Shown: positions 34,005 to 39,293 of the stretch, one piece after another
Layout: the number at the start of each line of letters is the position of its first letter
Numbering within the stretch: the first letter of the stretch is position 1
DNA from: Octopus bimaculoides
Lineage: Eukaryota
NCBI RefSeq assembly: GCF_001194135.2
Contig: NC_069005.1
Location: forward strand, 5,297,951-5,337,243
Direction of reading: 5' to 3'
Length of the DNA: 39,293 nucleotides
Notes under the pieces: model-generated
Database searches by the model: none
What the model was told of the DNA's origin: nothing
The model's input: only the letters and a program-made list of their open reading frames with translations
Position numbers and translations under genes: made by a program

Positions 34005-34854
34005 GTGTATCTACCACTGTGTCTGTCTATCTCTCTACCTACCTATCTATCCAGCTATGTATTTATCTATCTATCTATCTGTCTGTCTGTCTACCTATGT
34101 ATTTATCTATCCTGCTATCTATATGTCTGTCTGTCTGCCTATCTATCTGTTTATCTTTCTATCAACACATCTATCACTGACATTATATACCTTTCCATTT
34201 ACCTGCCTATCTATCAATCTATTTATCCTTCTATAAATCTACATACCTTTCGGTGTATCCATCTATCAATTCGTATATATTTATGTATCTATGTACCTTA
34301 TCTATTACTCTTGGTATCTATCTTCTCATCCTATCAATTTATCTCTCACCCCACAGACAATCCACCCCCACCGCACTCGACTGTCCCATTATCTTCATTC
34401 AAATCTGTTTGTCCTACAAATAATACCCTAACCTTCCACTACATTTCTACAATAACAAGAGCAACGGAGACATCAACAACAGCAAGTAGTCTCTGTGTGG
34501 GTGTTGGTGTCGGCTGACTGCACCAATCAACGCTGATTGGTCAACTTGTTGCTTACGTCATCAAACATTCAACGAAACACTGGCCTCTATTTTTTCACAC
34601 ACATATACACACAACACACTATCGCACACACATACTATGAAACTTACGTTACACACATACACGCAAACACACACACAGAGGCATGTTTGTAGATATATGT
34701 ATATGTATACACATGTATAAACATCGATTTTACTTATTTACAGCTACAAACAGTCACGTACATGCTTGTATAATTTATAGATTATACACAGACAGAAAGA
34801 AGAAAAACCTACATAAACAAATATAGACATACACATATACCGTAATCTGCGCAT

Positions 34855-34905
<51 letters not shown>

Positions 34906-35263
34906 AACATATATATAGACACTCATTCAACTTCAAACAGCACACACACATAGACATGTACAAAGAGTACTATAAACACACTCACACAAACACACACACA
35001 TTCATACACAACCACGAAAACGCTTATACACACTTGAGTACAAATAAGACACACAAACACACACACACAAACACACACACATATATATATAAATATATGT
35101 ATATATACACACAATCAAATACAGATATGCATATATAGGTACAATCAGCACACATAAACACACAGATACATACACACAAGTACACATACACGTTCACACA
35201 CGGCCAAATATACTCGTGTAAATACAATAACACGCAAATGCATATTAATATTACAAACGCAAA

Positions 35264-35309
<46 letters not shown>

Positions 35310-35420
35310 CACAAGCACACACTAACACACAAACGTTGACAAACAACCACAAAACACACACACAGACACACACGCATACAAGCACATAAGTACAAAACAA
35401 CACATATACACACACACATG
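33900..35420. repeat. Degenerate (TATC)n then (CA)n/(TA)n microsatellite region
   Basis: Directly visible. Other long di- and tetranucleotide tracts at 2700-2810, 31245-31480, 31600-31925 and 36720-37200. Confidence 0.9.
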
Positions 35421-35976
35421 CCTAAATAGAGAAACAAGGGGGGATAGTGAGTGAGGAAAAACAACACAAGAAAACAATAGTGACTACCACAACCACCACC
35501 ACCACCATTAACACACCCAAAATACCACTACTACTACTACTATTACTACTATTACTACTACTATTACTACTACTGCTGCTGCTGCTGCTGCTATTACTAC
35601 GAAAATAGAATGAAAACGTTGGTTTTTCTTGGAAATTTGGATGACCAAAATACCCTTTCGATCTCGTGTATGTGTGTTCATGCGTGTGTTTGTGTGTGTG
35701 TGCTCTATTTACGCGTAACGCCAGGGTGACATGACATGGCGGGTACATATGCAATCTGGGTAAGAAAATATCTAAATACTATACCTATAACTTTTGTGGT
35801 TTTTTTGGGGTTTTTATTTATACCAGTCATTGGATTGCGGTCATGCTGGGGCCCCGTCTGGAAGAATTTTAGTCGAACGAAATGACCGTATTTTGTTGCG
35901 TCTGGTGAGTGGGGGAATCATTCTCTTTTAGTGCCTTATTATTTAACACACACACCGGTAAAGTTTCCACTCTGTT

Positions 35977-36384
35977 ACTTACTCTTTTACTTGTTTCAGT
36001 CATTTGACTGCGGCCATGCTGGAGCACCGCCTTTTAGTCGAGCAAATCGACCCCAGGACTTATTCTTTGGAAGCCTAGTACTTATTCTATCGATTTCTTT
36101 TTGCCGAACCGCTAAGTTACGGGGACGTAAACACACCAGCATCGGTTGTCAAGCGATGTTGTGGGGACAAACACAGACACAAACATATACACACACATAC
36201 ATATATATATATATATACATATATACGACGGGCTTCTTTCAGTTTCCGTCTACCAAATCCACTCACAAGGCTTTGGTCGGCCCGAGGCTATAGTAGAAGG
36301 CACTTGCCCAAGGTGCCACGCAGTGGGAATGAACCCAGAACCATGTGGTTCGTAAGCAAGCTACTTACCACACAGCCACTCCTG
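35977..36384 (-). mobile_element. tRNA-derived SINE family A, near full length
   Basis: Reverse complement of the 11059-11432 family from head (CCACACAGCCACTCCTG) to tail (CTCTTTTACTTGTTTCAG). Confidence 0.9.
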
Positions 36385-39183
36385 ATTTATTTTCCCTTAA
36401 ATTTTTTTGCCTCTTGTAACCTTTTCAACAGTCGTTTCTAGGAAAAATAAATAAGGAAATGAGTAGAAACTCTACCGGTGAGTGTGTTAAATAATAAGGC
36501 ACCAAAAGAGAATGACTCTCCCCAGACATAACAAAATATGCTTCAACACACGAACTCACATAAAGAATCTTGCAAACCAAATCCTAAAACGAAGCGAAAT
36601 AAACAGTTTTTGCTTATTGAATTAAAAAAAAGAAACACGTGTACTTATTTTGTCGGTCTTTTAACCGAACCGTTAGGTTACGGCGACGTGAACATAGACA
36701 CACATTCACGTGTACGTGTTTATACGTACGTACATACATACATACATAGATATACGCGTGAATAGATGGATACAGCAGAGTGACACACAGAAGCACACAC
36801 ACGCACTCATACGCATGTGCACACACACACACACTCATACACACATATATTCCCACTCCGTCTACACACACATGCCGACACACACATGCCAACACACACA
36901 CACAGCCTCACCCACCCATTCACACACCATTCAAGACCATCACTGACTCACTATTGACCACTCCGTCTACGTACAGATGCAAACACACGCACACACACAC
37001 ACACACACACACAAACACAAACACACGCACGCACACGCACACACACATTCACACACCTTTCAATACAGCTGCCGACTTGCGATTGACCTCTTACAGTGAC
37101 ATATACACTAACACACACGCACGCATATCTAACTACACACACACACACACAGACGACTCACACAAACACACACACACATTACCACACACACACACACACG
37201 TTGACCATCTTCACTCTCTCCTGTCCTTTTGTACTTTCGGTCATTTCAGAAATGTAACCGCACGTGGACTGTTGGCGATTATTCCTTATTTATTTATTTT
37301 GCTTCTTTTCTTTGGACTTTCCTCTCTCCGACAAAGAGCTATGCCCGAAACATTAACAACTCCCTCCTTTCAACGAGCGTCGAATTAATAAATCTCTTGT
37401 ACACGTCCTTACGTTCGTTGTTTTCTTTCTTCTCTGTATATATATATATATAATACAGAATGGGACAAGAACGCAAACCATCCAGACAGTTAGGTGATAC
37501 AAAAAAGGGATAAAGCATACAGATAGACGATACAAAGAAAACACGGACATGTCATTCGGCTTTCGTAGGGTCCAAGTGCTACAGCAGACGACACTTGTCC
37601 AGACTGCCATGCAGAGGGACTGAATCCGAAATCACGTGGTTGGGAAGCAAACTTCTGACCACACAACTATGCACGCGCATTTTGAATGACAACTCAACAA
37701 AACGCAGACGACATTCAATGAATTACTGAAACCGAGGCTGCGGTCCCCGTCTCAGATAAAATCCATTTTGGCCTCATTTCCCAACGCTGTTTTTCAATTA
37801 AATAATTGGTCGGCGAGCCTGTTTATTTATATTTCATAACATTAGACGATAGTTGATGAGACATGTATCCTAGTTTTACTATAATTTGATATTATACAAT
37901 GAGAGTTTCGTTACTTTATATGTGTTTTATTTATCTAAAGTTATCAAGAGCTTAATCTATTAACANNNNNNNNNNNNNNNNNNNNNNNNNNNNNNNNNNN
38001 NNNNNNNNNNNNNNNNNNNNNNNNNNNNNNNNNNNNNNNNNNNNNNNNNNNNNNNNNNNNNNNNNNNNNNNNNNNNNNNNNNNNNNNNNNNNNNNNNNNN
38101 NNNNNNNNNNNNNNNNNNNNNNNNNNNNNNNNNNNNNNNNNNNNNNNNNNNNNNNNNNNNNNNNNNNNNNNNNNNNNNNNNNNNNNNNNNNNNNNNNNNN
38201 NNNNNNNNNNNNNNNNNNNNNNNNNNNNNNNNNNNNNNNNNNNNNNNNNNNNNNNNNNNNNNNNNNNNNNNNNNNNNNNNNNNNNNNNNNNNNNNNNNNN
38301 NNACTTTATATGTGTTTTATTTATCTAAAGTTATCAAGAGCTTAATCTATTAACAAGGCCATACACACAAACTCTCTCTCTCTGTAACCCTAGTTTCTGC
38401 TTGGGAGCTGCGGTCATGCCAGGGTGCCACCATTGACTTTGCTACACCTTCATCATTTGAAACCTCCTCTGATATTTGGTACTGTGTGGATGCATGCAAG
38501 TGTACATGTATCCACGTCCAGTTTTGATTTCTGTGTTGCGTAAAGTAAGTGCATTACACCTTGTAAATGCATAGTAAGTCGACCGATAAATGTCGTACTT
38601 GAATGGTCAATATATCAGTCCGACTTTTCAAAGTTGACAACTTTCACGCCTGCAATCGACTTTATTAGTCACACTCACCATGGGTGGCTGTTTGGCAGGT
38701 TAACATGCCGCCACAAGTTCATTTTATTTTATTTACATTTTTATTTTTAATACCGTTCTGTTTTGTAGCATACTAGTGTAAATCAACGGGGTGTTATAAA
38801 GAATTTTTGATAATGTATTCATCAATTTGATACTTACTACACAATTCATCCATGCAATACAACTTTTACGCGGTTTATGCGTGACTTATATATGCAGTGT
38901 TTAATGTATCTGTTGTGTCATGTTTGTGTTGATGGTGTCCTATGTCTTGGTCTAATAGGTTCTTAGAGGGACTAGATTAATGCTAGTTATATTTTGTTGC
39001 TTTAATTATCTTGTGTTTCGCTGATGAAGGCTCTCTCTCCAAATCTTGTAGAATCTCTTCGAAGAGACCATGATTATGTATGTATGTATGTATAGTTGAA
39101 ATTTATAGAAAAACAAAAGACGAAGACAGGTGTATGAAGAACAAGCAGGTGTATTAGTTTGACGCTCGGGAAGGTGAGAAAGT

Positions 39184-39219
39184 CTGTTACGTTTCGAGCC
39201 TACGCTCTCCAACAGAAAG
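39184..39219 (-). ncRNA. Hammerhead-like motif (variant core), second copy of the 32478 family
   Basis: Minus strand CUUU-CUGUUGG-A-GAGC(GUAG)GCUC-GAAA-CG-UA-ACAG. Flanks (...GACTTTCTC...CCCGAGCGT.AAACTAATACA) match the 32.5-kb copy. Confidence 0.4.
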
Positions 39220-39293
39220 GAACGCGAAGAAAGAAACAGAGAGATATTGAAAAAATCGTGTAGAGTTCATCGGTCCAACAGGGCGAGTGTATG

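Noticed and set aside
38393-38550. AG...GTAAGT bounded segment as a possible exon
   Set aside because: All three + frames contain stops, and its start resembles a decayed family A SINE tail.
39005-39050. CTGATGAAGG resembling a further hammerhead core
   Set aside because: No downstream GAAA-CG-UH or complementary stem I could be found.
1-39293. CRISPR arrays, operons or other prokaryotic systems
   Set aside because: The sequence is eukaryotic with spliceosomal introns; no regularly spaced repeat-spacer array or gene-dense tract is present.

Overview
AT-rich animal genomic DNA, about 15% N gaps and full of microsatellites and SINEs. The repeat content looks like an octopus or other coleoid assembly; this is my recognition, not a database check. 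One protein-coding gene is well supported: a + strand SPDEF/Ets98B-type ETS transcription factor. Five exons join in frame through canonical GT-AG introns (13018-13109, 14813-15053, 16559-16762 SAM-Pointed domain, 18905-19186, 19839-20152 ETS domain and stop). A candidate start exon (ATG 8180, donor 8193) and a TATA/Inr promoter near 7674-7708 would give a 381-aa protein. The rest is several tRNA-derived SINE families, an RTE-tail-like repeat, piggyBac-like MITEs and a fragment of an RLE-type (R4/Dong-like) non-LTR retrotransposon. The most interesting observation is that two unrelated repeat families carry minimal type I hammerhead-ribozyme-like motifs. One is a tRNA-headed SINE present as a head-to-head pair forming a ~485-bp fold-back inside the ETS gene. 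Also notable are a cluster of RFX X-box motifs in an intron of the ETS gene and a 210-nt hairpin downstream. Most ORFs in the supplied track are microsatellite or N-gap artefacts.
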